From contig NC_086097.1 in the NCBI RefSeq assembly GCF_963921235.1, forward strand, positions 190,156,001 to 190,220,000: 64,000 nt of DNA, in the 5' to 3' direction. The notes beneath the pieces are model-generated. The model was given only the letters and a program-made list of their open reading frames with translations, had not been told where the DNA came from and ran no database searches. This DNA is from Mobula hypostoma (lineage: Eukaryota). Each line of letters starts with the position of its first letter. Positions within the stretch are counted from its first letter, which is position 1. A program made the translations under genes and the position numbers. Positions 50,301 to 63,690 of the stretch are shown piece after piece.

Positions 50301-51170
50301 CTATGCGATCTTTAAATGCTTGCCATTGCATATCTACCATCAACCCTTTAAGTATCATTTGCCAGTCTATTTGAGCTAGTTTCCCTGAGGGGAAATCTTG
50401 CTGACAAATCTGTTAGAATTCTTTGAGGAAATAACAGGCAGGATAGACAATGTAGAGTCAGTGGATGTTGTTTACTCAGATTTTCAGAAGGTCTGACTAA
50501 CTGCTGTACATGAGGTTGCTAAACAAGATAAGAGCCCATGGTATTACAGGAAAGATACTAGCATGGATAGAAGATGGGCTATCTGACAGAAGGCAAATAA
50601 TAGGAACAAAGGGATCTTTTTCTGGTTGTCTGCCGGCTATTAGTCCTGCAGGGATTGGTGTTGAGGCCACTTCTTTTCATGTTATATGTCATTAATTTGG
50701 ATAACAAAGGTTTATAAGAATAATCCCTGGAATGAAATGGTTAGCGTATGCAGAGTGTTTGATGGCTCTAGGCCTGTACAGCCTGGAATTTAGAGGAATG
50801 CAGGGAGAGGATAATTTCATTGAAACCTATTGAATATTGAAAGGCGTAGATTGAGTGGATGTGGAGAAAATGCTTCCAATAATGGAAAAGGCTAGAACCA
50901 GAAGGCACAGCCTCAGAAAAGAAGGACATCCCTTTAGAACAGAGATGGGGGGGGGGCGGCGGGGGGGGGGGAATTTCTACAGTCAGTGGTTGAAGAATTT
51001 TTGGAATTTATTGTGGAAGTTAATAGGTTCTTGATTAGTAAGGACAACAGAGGTTACAAGGAAAAGGCAGGAGAATGGTGTTGAGAAGGAAAATAAATCA
51101 GCCATGATTAAGTGGTGGAGCAGACTTCATGGGCCAAATTACCTAATTCTGCTCTTATAGCTTATGATCT
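47390..51170 (+). mobile_element. Older CR1 copy split by a younger opposite-strand CR1
   Basis: gtcagcatag (48187-48196) and tttccctgaggggaaatcttg (50380 onward) rejoin to the SQHxF..GKSCL motif. Confidence 0.85.
48197..50378 (-). mobile_element. Younger CR1 LINE (RT and 3' UTR)
   Basis: ORFs 48292-50358 with GVPQGSVLGP and FADDTK; ctatgttt tandem tail. Confidence 0.93.
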
Positions 51171-52002
51171 AAAATTAAATACTGCTCAGTATTTTTCAAA
51201 CACATTTAAATGTTAATGTGGATCTTGGTAAAATATTCAGGATATCTAGGAGAAAATGTTATAGGAATTGCAACAGTGAGATGAATTTTTAATCATCAGC
51301 CTTCTCATACTTTGGGAATTTAAGTATGTACAAAAATATTGGAAGTGTATATGAGACAGGGGTTGGAGTAAATCAAATTATACTTTGAGCTTATCCATTG
51401 TTCAATATACTCCTAAGAGATAAACATCTTCATGACACTCATCTTGTCAAACCCTTTTGGATTCCTTCTATGTTTCCATAAGGTTACAATTTATTCTTCG
51501 AAAGTCTAAACCCAGATGTTCTTCAAGCATCAACTCTTTCATCTTGGAAGTTAACCAAATGAACTCTCATTGAATGGCAAGTATAAAAACGGAAATACAT
51601 GTGCAATAAAGAAAATGCACAGCACGTTGAGTTCAGTCTACTTTGAAATCTCTGAGTTTCAAGTTGTCTGGCATTTTAATTCTTTTCTCTACTTTGATTA
51701 TCTAGCTACAGCTTCCTGTATTCTTCCAGCAATGCCCAATATATAGTTGAGTAATGACACCTCAGTTTCTGTTGAGGTACCTAGTAGCCTTTGGAAATCA
51801 ATATAACTCACTTTTTCTCTTTGTGTAAGAGCTGGCCGGCTCTACTTTAGGGTTATTCAACAATCATACCTTCGTGTTCCTGTCTCCATAGATACTGCTT
51901 GATCTGCTGGGCATTTTCTTTTACCAACACATTTGAACAACACTGACCAACATTTCACTGCTTTGACATGTCCCGTTATGTATTGTTCCTCCCTTTGATT
52001 GG

Positions 52003-53670
52003 AAGACCTATGAGCAGAATTAGTCCATTTGGCCTATTGAGTCTACTCCGCCATTAAATCATGTTTGATTTATTTTCCCTTTCGACCTCATTCTCTTGCC
52101 TTCTCCCCATTACCTTTGATGGCCTGATTAATCAAGAACCTATCAAATTCTTCCTTAAATATACCCAATAATTTGGCCTACACAGCTGTCTATGCCTGTC
52201 ATTTTCTCAAAGAATACCAACAAATTTGTCAGGGAAGATTTTCCCTTTAGAAAACCATGTTGACTTGGGCTTTTTTTATTACATGCTTCCAAGCATCCTG
52301 AAACCTTATCTTTAATAATAGATTCCAGCATCTTTCCAACCACTGAAGTCAGGCTAACTGGTCTATAATTTCCTTTCTTCTGTATCCCTCCCTTCCCAAA
52401 AAGTAGGGTGGCATTTGCAGTTTTCTGGTTCTCAGAAATCACTGCAGAATCTAGTGATTCTTGAAAGCTCTGTACTAATGTCTCCACGATCTCTTTAGCC
52501 TCCGCTTTCAGAACGCTGTGGTGTGGTCCATCTGGTCCAGGTGACTTCTCTACCTTCAGAATTTTCAGCTTCCTTAGTATTAACAACAACACTCACTTCT
52601 GCCCCGACACTCTCGCATTTCTGGCATACTACTAGTGTCTTCCACAGTGAAGCCTGATAAAAAATACTTATTATGTTTCTCTGCTATTTCGTTGTCCTCC
52701 ATTGCTATCTCTCTGGTGTCATTTTCCTGTGGTCCCATATTCACACTCATCTCTTTTTACTGCTTATACAGTATATCTGAAAAAGCTACTTGTATCTTTT
52801 ATATTATTAGCTTGCTTACCTTCATATTTTCTCTTTTCTGTCCTTACGGCTTTTTTAGTTGGCTTTTAAAAGTTTACAGATCCTCTAACATCCCAATAAT
52901 TTTTGCTGTATTATATGCCTTCTCTTTTGCTTTTATGCTGTCATTGACTTCCCCTGTCAGCCACAGTTGCCTCATTCTCCCTTTCAAATACTTCTTTATC
53001 TTTGGGATGTACCTTTCCTGCACCTTCTGAATTGCTTCCAGTAACACCAGCCATTGCTTTTCTACCATCATACCTGCTAGTGTCCCTTTCCAATCAACTC
53101 TGGCCAGCTCCTCTCTCATGCCCTGTAATTCCCTTTACTCCACTGTAATACTATTATTTCTGATTTTAACTGTTCTTTCTCAAAGTGCAGGGTGAATTCT
53201 GTCATATTATGATCACTATCTCCTTTATCTTAAGCCTTGTATTCAGTCTGGGTCATTACCCACTCCAGGTTTGTCATTCCCTTTGTGGACCCAACCACAA
53301 GCTGCTCTAAAAAGCCATTTCATTGCCATTCTACAAATTTTCTTTCTTAGGATCCAGAACCAGCTGGATATTCCCAATCTATCTGCATGTTGAAATCCCC
53401 CATCACTATTGTAACATTGCTCTTTTCACATGCTTTGCCTGTCTCTCACTCTAAGTTGCAGCCCATATCCAGGCTATTGTTTGAAGGCCTATATATAGTT
53501 CCCATCAGGGTATTTTTACCCTTGCAGTTTCTAAACTCTGCCCACAAGGATTCTAAATCTTTTGATCCTAAGTGTTTGGTTTGCCACCCAAACCCTTCTG
53601 CCTACCTGCCTGTGCTTTCAAAACAATGTGTATCCTTGGATGTTAAACTCCCAACTGTCCTCATCCATTC
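52003..53670 (-). mobile_element. CR1 LINE with most of the RT deleted
   Basis: KSPGPDG, NYRPVSLT and SQHGFLKG, then a jump at ~52190 to the 3' end. Confidence 0.88.
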
Positions 53671-54093
53671 ATTAAGCAGATTTATTAAGTTTCACCCTAT
53701 CAGAGATATTTCCTTAGCCCTTATGGTTTCTAACCCTCCCCCACTTGTCTGGAACTAAAGCTAATTTGTTTTATTCACTTTTCAAGTTCTGATGAATAAT
53801 CTTTGACAAGAAACTGCTTTTCTTGTGTTGACTGCTGATTGTTTCCAGTATTTTCTAACTTTATTTTATATTTTCAACGTGCAATTTACTAATTTTCAGT
53901 GCAGTAGATCCTTACTTAAACATGCAGATCAAAATTGTACACTTTCACCAGTGCCTTGTAAAGATGCAAAATTTTATATTCTATGTCTTCTGCAGTAAAA
54001 ACTGATAAAGGATGATGGGTTACAATAAGTATCTTAATGAACAGGTATTACTTTTATTCCAGATATGAAAAAGGCAAAAAATTATCCATTATA

Positions 54094-55725
54094 GTGAATT
54101 GAATTGACTTTATTTCTTACGTCCTTCATTTACATGAGGAGTGAAAATCTTTACGTTAAGTCTCCATCTAAATGTGCAATGTGCAATTTATAAAAACTTA
54201 TAATAAATAGTATGTACAACAGGACAGTCAATATAACATAGAAATACAATTGTATCAGCATGAATTAATCAGGCTGATGGCCTAGTGAAAGAAGCTGACC
54301 TGGAGCCTGCTGGTCCTGGCTTTTATGCTGCAGTACCGTTTCCCGGATGGTAGCAGCTGGAACTGTTTGTGATTGGGGTGACTCAGGTCCCCAATGATCC
54401 TTCAGGCCCTTTTTGCACACCTGTCTTTGTAAATGTCCTGAATAGTGGGAAGTTCACATCTACAGATGCACTGGGCTGTCCGCACCACTCTCTGCATTGA
54501 GGGAAGTACAGTTCTCATACCAGGCAGTGATGCAGCCAGTCAGTATGCTTTCAATTGTGCCCTGTGGAAAGTTTTTAGGATTTGGGGGCACATGCCAAAC
54601 TTCTTCAACCATCTGAGGTGAAAGAGGCGCTATTATGCTTTTATCACCACACAGCTGGTCCGTACCCTCAGTGATGTTTATGCTGAGGAGTTTAAAGCTG
54701 TTCACCCTCTCAACCCCAGATCTATTGATGTCAATAGATGTTAGTCTGTCTCCCTTCCTCCTGTAGTCCGCAACCAGCTCCTTTGTTTCTGTGACATTGA
54801 GGGAGAGGTTGGTTTCTTGACACCATTGTGTCAGTGTGATGACTTCTTTTCTGCAGACTGTCTCACTATTATCTGAGATTAGGCCAATCAGTATAGTGTT
54901 GTTAGCAAATTTAATTAGCAGATTGGAGCTATGGGTGGCGACACAGTAAAGGGTATATAGAGGGTAAAGGAGGGCGCTTAGGACAAAGCCCCGAGGGGCA
55001 CGTGTGTTGAGGGTCAGAGGGCCAGAGGTGAGGGAGCCCATTCTTACCATCTGCTGGCGATCTGACAGGAAGTCCAGGATCCAGCTGCACAAGGCAGGGT
55101 GAAGGCCAAGGTCTCTGAGCTTCTTGTCGAGCCAGGAGGGAATTAAGGTGTTGGCTGGACTGTAGTCCAAGAACAGATTCTCACATAAGCATCCCTCTTC
55201 TCCAGGTGTGTAAGAACGGTGTGAAGAGCTGCGGCTATTGCATCATCTGTTGGTTGGTTGTGTTGGTAAGTGAATTGTAGGGGGTGCAGAGTGGTGGTAG
55301 CATGCTGCAGATGTAGTCCTTGAGTAGCTTCTCACAGCATTTGCTTATTATAGAGTTGAGTGCGACAGGACGCCAGCCATTCAGATACGTTACCTTGGTC
55401 TTTATTGGTACAGGAACAATGGTGGATGTTTTGAAGCAGGAGGGCACTCTACACTGGGAGAGGGAGAGATTAAAAATGTCTGTAAACACACCAGTCAGTT
55501 GTGCCATGCACACTCTGAGTACCTGCCCTGGGATGCCATCCGGTCCCACAGTTTTATGACTGTCCACTCGCTGAAAACACCTGCATACTTTAGCCTCAGA
55601 GATGACGAAGCTGCGGGTCACATCAGCCTTCCTCTCGGGCTCATCAGTGTTGGCAACATCAAATTGAGGGTAAAAAAGTTTTAGCTGTTCTGGGAGAGAG
55701 GCAACAATTTTGGAAACTCCACTGC
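54094..55725 (-). mobile_element. Rex1/Babar-like LINE (RT and 3' tail)
   Basis: GPDGIPG…FTDIFNLSL…CFKTSTIVPVP…WRPVAL; WILDFL…APRGFVLS…KFANNT; tandem aattc tail. Confidence 0.88.
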
Positions 55726-55819
55726 GTTTAGCTTTGAAGTCTGCAATGGTGTACAGGTACAGACCTTGCCATAACTGCGTGTGTTGTTGCTTCTTCCTCT
55801 ATTGATGGACAAGGAATGT

Positions 55820-56225
55820 TTGTCTCTGGGACTGTATGGAGTTCAGAAGGACAAAGGACAATCTCATTGATAATTACTGGAATCTGAAAGATCTTGATAG
55901 AGTGGGCATGGAGAAGATGTTTCCTTTTGTAGGAAAGTGTCACCTCAGAATAAAGTGATGTCCTTTTGGAACTGAGATGAGGAAGAATTTCTTCAGCAAG
56001 AGGGGGGTGAATCTATGGAATTTGTTTTTTGCCACAGAGGGTTGTGAAAGCCAAGTTATTGGGTGTATTTATGGCAAAAATTGTTTGTTTCTATATAGGT
56101 AAGAGGGTTAAGTTTGTGCAGAGAAGGCAGGAAAATGGGTTTGAAAACAAAAAGTCATGTTCGAATGGTAGAGAAACGACTATGGGCTGAATGGTCTTAT
56201 TCTGCTTCTACATCTTATCTTATGC
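55820..56225 (+). mobile_element. CR1 3' fragment
   Basis: ctgagatgaggaagaatttcttcag followed by the CR1 3' UTR and tail. Confidence 0.75.
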
Positions 56226-56454
56226 TCCTAATTACTTGTCCTTAATGCTGGAAGTATGCTCCATGGGTACCACAGAAATGTTCAAAACTTCGTAACTTGT
56301 AATTTATGATAGGTATTTACTATCGAATTTAACAATTTCAGATAATCTCTCTACTTCCCTACGTTAGAAGTGTTTGTTTCTCTTTGCTTGAATATGTCTT
56401 ATTTTTCTCTTTGTATCGAATTGGTGGATTTTGGAGAGGAGGAGAGAAAGCTGC

Positions 56455-56770
56455 GTGGCACAGTAGCATAGTGGATAGTGCATATTTTACAGTGCCAACA
56501 ATTAGAGTTCGATTCCCTCTGCTTTCTCTAAGGAAGTTCTATGTTTTCCTTGTGACCACGTGTGTTTCCTCAGCTTTCTCTGATTTCCTCCCACATTCCA
56601 GAGACATAATGGTTAGGGTTAGAAAGTCGCGGGTGAGCTATGTTGGTGGCGGAAAGTGGGGACACTTGGAGATTGCCCCAGGATGTGCTTGGCCTGTGTT
56701 GGTTGTTGATGTAAATTATAGATTTTGCTTGATGTTTCAATATTTCTATGTACAAATTAACAATAATGCT
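56455..56770 (+). mobile_element. tRNA-derived SINE (V-SINE-like)
   Basis: gtggcacagtagcatagtgg and gagttcgattcc boxes; same body as 35290-35585. Confidence 0.7.
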
Positions 56771-56879
56771 AAGGGAATCTTCAAATCCAATTGTATAACA
56801 AAATTTTAACCTTGACACTTTGGTCTGCATATCATACCCCTTCCACTTCCCATAACTTAAAACACGTGTATTTGCTAAG

Positions 56880-57248
56880 CACTGTGTGCTGAGCCCATTG
56901 CTATACACTCTGCTTACACATGATGGCACAGCCAAGCACACAAATGATCACATTGTCAAGCTTGCCGATACCACAGCAGTGGTAGGGCTCATTACCAAAA
57001 ATGACGAGGTGGTTTACAGAGATTTGGTAACAGGAAAATTACCTCTTCCTCAATATCAACAAAACAAAGGAGATGGTTATTGACTTCAGGAGAACTCACA
57101 GCACGCTCATCCTTCTTTACATTGGCAGCACAGCAGTGAAACTGTGAGCAGTTTCAAACACCTGCGAGAGCACAACCCACACTACCTTTCATGGTCTTAG
57201 AACACATTGCATACAATCAGGAAAGTACACAATGCCTCTACTTTCTAA
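56880..57248 (+). mobile_element. Rex1/Babar-like LINE, 5' part (host of the Gmr1-type element)
   Basis: LSPLLYTLLTHD…VKLADTTAVVGLI; continues after 63690. Confidence 0.85.
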
Positions 57249-57962
57249 TGTTACATACCTCATGGATATCTTGTGACTGTCTTATGAGGGTGATATAATG
57301 GTCTTACAGAGGTCACAGATCCAATTTTCCTGCCGATGTGAGGTCACGTGATGACCTGTTCTCTCCAGGTATATAAGGGTAGACCTCTGGTGACACAGTT
57401 AGTTTCAGTTTAAATCATCAGTCAGATACTCCACAAATGCTGCATATTTGTCCCATAATGCAGTTTAATTTTAGAACGGAGTTTTACTTTCTATTGTAAG
57501 GTACAGAAGTGTTGGGCCGGCAGTTTCAACAATAGCTGCCAGCTTTGTTGGTGTACCTTTTCAGTAGTATTGGAGAGTGAAGACATTACTAAGGTACGGA
57601 ATCTGAAGGAGTTGAGTAAAGCTGATATCGTTCGGCGGTATTGGAGAGGATCGACCATTATTGAATCTTCGTTCAAGAAAGAGTGATCTGCATGAGATAA
57701 CCTCTGCTAAAGCAGAGAAGTTGTGCAGTGTGTATTCTACAGAGGAAAAGGTCAGTTCCTTTAAGCCGTTTTATTTCCGTCATCATGAATCCTGTGGACA
57801 AGGCAGGTTCCGGATGGGATCAGCATTAACGTCAAGTCTTCTTGGAATTCTTTACTTCAGGAAAGTCTCTCCTAATTGACTGTATAAATCTCTTGGACTT
57901 TCAAATTTACCATTCTAAGAACTATGTTCTAATTTACCACTTTAAGGCTGTGTTCACATTTA
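57249..57962 (+). repeat. 5' LTR (3'-truncated)
   Basis: Aligns with 62795-63510, then jumps into gag (LADEHALIHK). Confidence 0.92.
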
Positions 57963-60900
57963 ATTAGCTGATGAGCATGCTTTAATTCATAAGAATAAAT
58001 TTTCTCCAGGTAGGACTTTTTTAAAAGGAAAAATAGCGCAGAGAGTCAAGGTAAACCAGAAATTAAATCTGAACTTAGTGAGAAAGGTAAGGATGAAGGG
58101 AGACGTGCAGGAAAGACATTTTAGTTTTATTTGTAATTATTGTGAAACCTGGACATGTAATAGCTAACTGTTTTCGATTGAAAAAGAAAGAGAAGGAAGC
58201 AGTACCAGATGCTTGTGTGCAGCATACTGAAACACCTGTAAATCCACAGAGTTTGATAAATACCAATGAAGTTTTGTCAGAGTCTGACCAAGTTAAGAGG
58301 GGATATGAACACTTTATAACTAAGGGATTTGTATCCTTGAAACAGGGATCCAATCCAGTACCAATAAGAATCTTTAGAGATACTGGGGCTTCCCAATCAC
58401 TAATGTTAGACAGTGTTCTAAAGTTTAGTGATGAGTCTGACATTGTTGAGGTAAACTATATAAGAGGAGTTGGGAGTGTCCTTATGCTGGTACATTTGCA
58501 TAGAGTAAATTTAAGGTCAGGGTTAGTTACAGAGGCTTTTAAAGTAGGACTACAACCCAGTTTACCCATGAATGATGTTTCTCTTTTATTAGGGAATTAC
58601 TTAGCAGATGGACGAGTTTTTCCTGAAGTGCATTTGACAATAAAGCCTATTTCTGAGAAACCTCAGAGGGATTCTAACACAGATTCTTCCTGTGTAGTAA
58701 CCCGAGCTATGGCTAAAAAGACTGAAGTACAGGATGAGGTTGTTACCCATGACTGTTCAACTTGGGATGCGAATTTTGAGGATGTGTCAGAAATTTTCTT
58801 ATGTTCACTATTTGATCAGGATTTTGGTAGTAAGTCTGACCATGAAGATTTATCTTTATCTCAGAAGGAGATGATAGCAGCGCAGGTTAGAGATCCTGAA
58901 ATGGTCAAATTAAAGGAACAAGCTCTTCCAGATAGTGAGATTGAGAAAGTGGCATTAGGATATTATTTTGAAAGGGGAGTATTAATGAGAAAGTGGAGAT
59001 CACCTACAATTCCTGCAAGTGAGGAATGGGAAGTTAATCACCAGGTAGTAGTTCCTAAAGTTTATCAAAATGAGATTTTAACTATGGCTCATAGTATGCC
59101 TTTGGGTGGCCATCTAGGTGTAAAGAAAACTATGAACAAGGTTTCTAAACATTTTTACTATCCTAGTTTAAGAAAAGATGTGATGACATTTTGCAGAACG
59201 TGTCATACATGTCAAATTGTGGGTAAACCTAATCAAGTTACTCCAGTGGCCCCACTGCAACCGATTCCAGCATTTGGTGAGCCGTTTTCCAAAATTATTA
59301 TAGATTGTGTAGGCCCATTGCAAAAAAATAAAACTGGACATTGTGACGGGGTCCTGAATTACCCCTATGAACTGTGGTTTTGAAAAGAGAGGGAGAGAGA
59401 GAGAGAGAGAGAGACTGACTGACTGACTGACTAACTTTAGGACTGTCACTTTAAAGCATGAGGAACTTTTGGATTTCTGCTGAGTTGGAGAGAGAGAGAG
59501 GGTACCGAGCAGCTTGTAAGTCGCTATGGTGACTGAGGGCAGCGTTATTTGCTGGAACACCGATGTTATGATTTTTCGGCAGCTTGTTTATACTTTCAAG
59601 GACATTTGCCTGCTTGTACATTTCTTACACAGAAACAGGAAGGAGGAATTACTTGAATAACAGTTGGTACTCAGTACGGTGAGATAAATAGGAGGTCAGA
59701 TGACATAGACCTCAGGCACATGTTTTTGGACACTGAATAAGCTTTGTTGTGCCCTCAGAAAAAGTGTTTTTTTTTGAGGATCGATCAGGTGGATCGATCA
59801 GTGGTTCTTGCAGTGAGGAAAAGGAGTGGCCGGTGGGGAGTTGTCCATGTGTCCACCCTTGCCTGGGTTGATAGCTCCACCACAGAAAAAGTGTCCCCTT
59901 TGTTGTGGTCAATAGTCGGTGACTTTTAAAGAATTTCGGAGGACAACGAGAAGATTGACGGGGTCAGCTCAACTAAAGACACAAATCTCTCCCCCCTCTC
60001 TCTCCATCACTACTCAACTCAATACCACGAACTGAACTGAACTTTACTCATCATCGTAAGAATGTATCTTTTTACCTCTAGACTTGAAGAAGCTTGATTT
60101 TCATATATTTCCACAATTACTGATATACTTACTTATATATAATCATTGCTAACCTGTTTTATATATTTGATTTTATATTACTGTATTGCGTAGTTACAAA
60201 TAAATATTATTATTATTTAATACCAATACTGGACTCCAAAGTGTTTTCCATCTCTGCTGGTTCTTTAACCCGTCACGGGGTACATGACAACATCAATATT
60301 TGCTGACCATTATGTGCACAGCATCTAGGTTTCCAGAGGCAATACCTCTTAGGAATATAACAGCCAAAACTGTGACAAAGGCTCTTATAAAATTCTTTAC
60401 TTATTTTGGGTTGCCTAAGGAAATACAATCGGATCAAGGTAGTAAATTTATGTCTGGATTGTTTCAGCAGATAGTTTATAAACTGGGAGCAAAACAGATT
60501 ACCTCATCTGCATATCATCCAGAATTGCAAGGAGCAATTGGAGAGATTCCATTCTACCCTCAAAAATATGATTAGGACGTATTGTGTGGAAAATGAAAAG
60601 GATTGGGATGAAGGCGTATATTTACTACTTTTTTGCAGTACGGGAGGCAGTACAGGAATCATTAGGCTTTAGTCCTTTTGAACTTGTGTTTGGGCATAGA
60701 GTTTGAGTACCTTTGGCCTTGTTGAAAGAACAGTGGATTAATAAAGAGATACACACTAATTTGCTGGATTACGTTTTAAAATTCAAGGAAAAATTACGTA
60801 AAGGTTGTACCTGAGCTAAGGAAAAGTTAAAATTGGCTCAGGAGAAGATGAAAACTTGGTATGATAAAGAAGCTAGAATGAGGTCATTTAAGCCTGGAGG

Positions 60901-62593
60901 TAAGGTGTTGGTTCTTTTCCTGGTGCAAACAAACCCATTACAAGCTAAATTTCATGGTGCTTATAAGATTAAATCTAAAGTAAATGATGTAGATTATGTG
61001 ATAACAACCCCAGATCGAAGAAAGCCAACACAGCTGTGTCATATAAATATGATAAAACTGTATTATGAGATAGAGGCTGCTACTATGACTGTTGTGGTCA
61101 ATAATGAGTCTGGTCTTTCTAAAAACTTAATGGATGATTCATCTGAAAGTCATTTTAAACCCAACATTATTTCAGCCAGGTTATTAAATTCAACAATTCT
61201 GGAAAATACTGAAGAGAAATTAGCTCATTTACAGCCAGAGCAGAGAGAACAGATGAAACAGTTAATTTTTAAATATAGGGATTTATTTCCAGATGTTCCT
61301 AGAAGAACCACCGTAGCTTCACATGATGTAGATGTTGGAGACTGAAAACCTATAAAACAACATCCGTATCGGATGAACAGGGAAAAATGTGAACTTGCTG
61401 AACAAGAAATTAAGTATATGTTAGAGAATAATATTATTAGACCTTCTAATTTGAATTGGAGTTCATCGTGTGTTATGGTGCCTAAGCTAGATAATAATAT
61501 TAGGTTTTGTACAGATTACAGGAAGGTGAATGCTATGACAAAAATTGATGCATATCCAATCCCTAGGGTAGATGATTGTGTGGATAAAGTTGGACAAGCA
61601 AACTTCCTTACAAAGATTGATTTGTTAAAAGGTTATTGGTGTGTTCCATTGACAGATAGAGGTAGGGAGATTTCTGCATTGGTAACCCCATCTGGGTTAT
61701 ATGAATATAATGTTCTTCCATTTGGGATGAAGAATGCACCAGGTACTTTCCAGAGGATGATTAATAGTACAATTCATGGGTTAAAAGATACAGATGCCTA
61801 TATTGATGATTTAGTTACAGGAAATAATACTTGGAAAGCACATATTCCTGCAGTGGAGAAACTATTTGAGACTCTTTCAAAAGCTAACTTAACTATTAAC
61901 TTAGCTAAAAGTGAATTTGGTCATGCCATGGTAACCTACCTTGGTTATGTTGTGGGTCAAGGAAAATTAGCTCCTGTTCAGGCAATTTTAGAAGTACCCA
62001 CTCCGACTGGTAAGAAAACTCTCAGAAGATTCTTGGGTATGGTAGGATATTACTGAAAATTTTGTAAGAATTTTGAGAACATTGCTCTTCCATCAACTAA
62101 CCTCTTGAAGAAAAATGAAAAGTTTATTTGGACAGAGCCTTGTCAGGAAGCATTTGATAAATTGAAAACTATAATATGTAGTCAACCTGTGCTCAAATCC
62201 CCTGACTTTGAAAAAGCATTTTCAGTAGCTGTAGATGCTAGTGATGAAGCTGCAGGAGCAGTGTTATTTCAAAGGGATGAGGATGATGAAATTGATTGTC
62301 TGCTAGCTTTCTTTTCTAAGAAATTTAATGCCCATCAAAGAAATTATTCAACTATAGAAAAGGAATTATTATCTCTTGTTTTGGCTTTACAACATTTTGA
62401 AGTGTATGTTGGTATCACTCAGAAACTACTCATAGTTTACACCGATCATAATCTGTTAGTGTTTTTGAGTAAAACGAAAAACAAAAATAGAAGATTACTA
62501 AATTGAAGTTTGAAGTTACAGGAGTATAATATTTTGATAACTCGTATTAAAGGTAAAGGGAATGTGATTTCTGATTGTCTATCTAGATGTTAA
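57963..62593 (+). pseudogene. gag C-terminus, protease, integrase, RT, RNase H (frameshifted and interrupted)
   Basis: CNYC-KPGHVIANC zinc knuckle; RDTGASQS; H..GGHLG…CHTC, DCVGP and SDQG (integrase); LPFGMKNAP and YIDDL (RT); VDASD, YSTIEKE and TDH (RNase H). Confidence 0.93.
59342..60289 (+). mobile_element. Solo LTR of another family, inserted in the integrase
   Basis: TGTGAC…ATGACA termini; 4-bp TSD ACAT (59338-59341, 60290-60293); AATAAA near 60199; removal restores KTGHQYLLTIM. Confidence 0.9.
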
Positions 62594-62794
62594 ATGCACA
62601 ATGTAAATTTTTTATGGAGTGGTATTTTAACCTTTGTAACAATCCTACTGTATATTAGTTTGCAAAATGCTGTGTGATAATACTGTGTATACTGTGTATG
62701 TTGTAAATATTATACATTTGTATTTTTTTGGTAAATAGTTAATTGTTAAAATTTTGCTCCTAAAAAGACCAAAATTTCTTTTTTTGGAGGAAGG

Positions 62795-63686
62795 TGTTAC
62801 ATACCTTATGGATATCTTGTGACTGTCTTTTGAGGATGATGTAATGGTCTTGTGGAGGTCACATGATGTAATTTTCCTGCCGATGTGAGGTCACGTGATG
62901 ACCTGATCTCACCGGGTACATAAGAGTAGACCCCTGGTGATGCAGTTAGTTTCAGTTTAAATCGTCAGTCAGATACTCCACAAATGCTACATATTTGTCC
63001 CATGATGCAGTTTAATTTTAGAACGGAGTTTTACTTTCTATTGTAAGGTACAGAAGTGTTGGGCCAGCAGTTTTAACAATAGCTGCCAGCTTTGTTGGTG
63101 TACCTTTTCAGTAGTATTGGAGAGTGAAGACATTACTAAGGTACGGAACCTGAAGGAGTCGAGTAAAGCTGATATCGTTCGGCGGTATTGGAGAGGATCG
63201 ACCATTATTGAATCGTCGTTCAAGAAAGAGTGATCTGCATGAGATAATCTCTGCTAAAGCAGAAAAGGTTGTGCAGTGTATATTCTACAGAGGAAAAGGT
63301 CAGTTCCTTTAAACCGTTTTATTTCCGTCGTCGTGAATCCTGTGGACAAGGCAGGTTCCGGATGGGATCAGCAGTAACATCAAGTCTTCTTGGAATTCTT
63401 TACTTCAGGAAAGTCTCTCCTAATTGACTGTATAAATCTCTTGGACTTTCAAATTTACCATTCTAAGAACTGTGTTCTAATTTAACACTTTAAGACTGTG
63501 TTCGCATTTACTGCTTTAAGAACTAGTACTTTTGGCGGTTTGTTAAATGGCCGCGTAGCAGTCTATTTCTGGTTAAGGTTTTCGTTTGTTTATCTGTTTA
63601 CTAATATTGAGCAGAGTTTAATAAATGTTTATTTGTTTATAAAACCTGACTCGATTGATATAGTCATTGTGGCTGGTCACGTGACA
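62795..63686 (+). repeat. 3' LTR (complete, 892 bp)
   Basis: TGTTAC…GTGACA termini, preceded by the PPT; AATAAA near 63620. Confidence 0.93.
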
Positions 63687-63690
63687 CTAA

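Larger units (their letters stand above)
57249..63686 (+). mobile_element. Gmr1-like Ty3/Gypsy LTR retrotransposon (PR-IN-RT-RH order)
   Basis: TG…CA ends; 4-bp TSD CTAA (57245-57248, 63687-63690); PPT ggaggaagg at 62786-62794; domain motifs in the order given. Confidence 0.95.

Noticed and set aside
50947..50971. Poly-G run (also 47830-47842; G-rich tract at 36544-36584)
   Set aside because: Homopolymer expansions, two of them inside dead CR1 copies; no evidence of function
57491..57676. 61-aa ORF repeated at 63038-63223
   Set aside because: Duplicated only because it lies in the LTRs; no coding evidence
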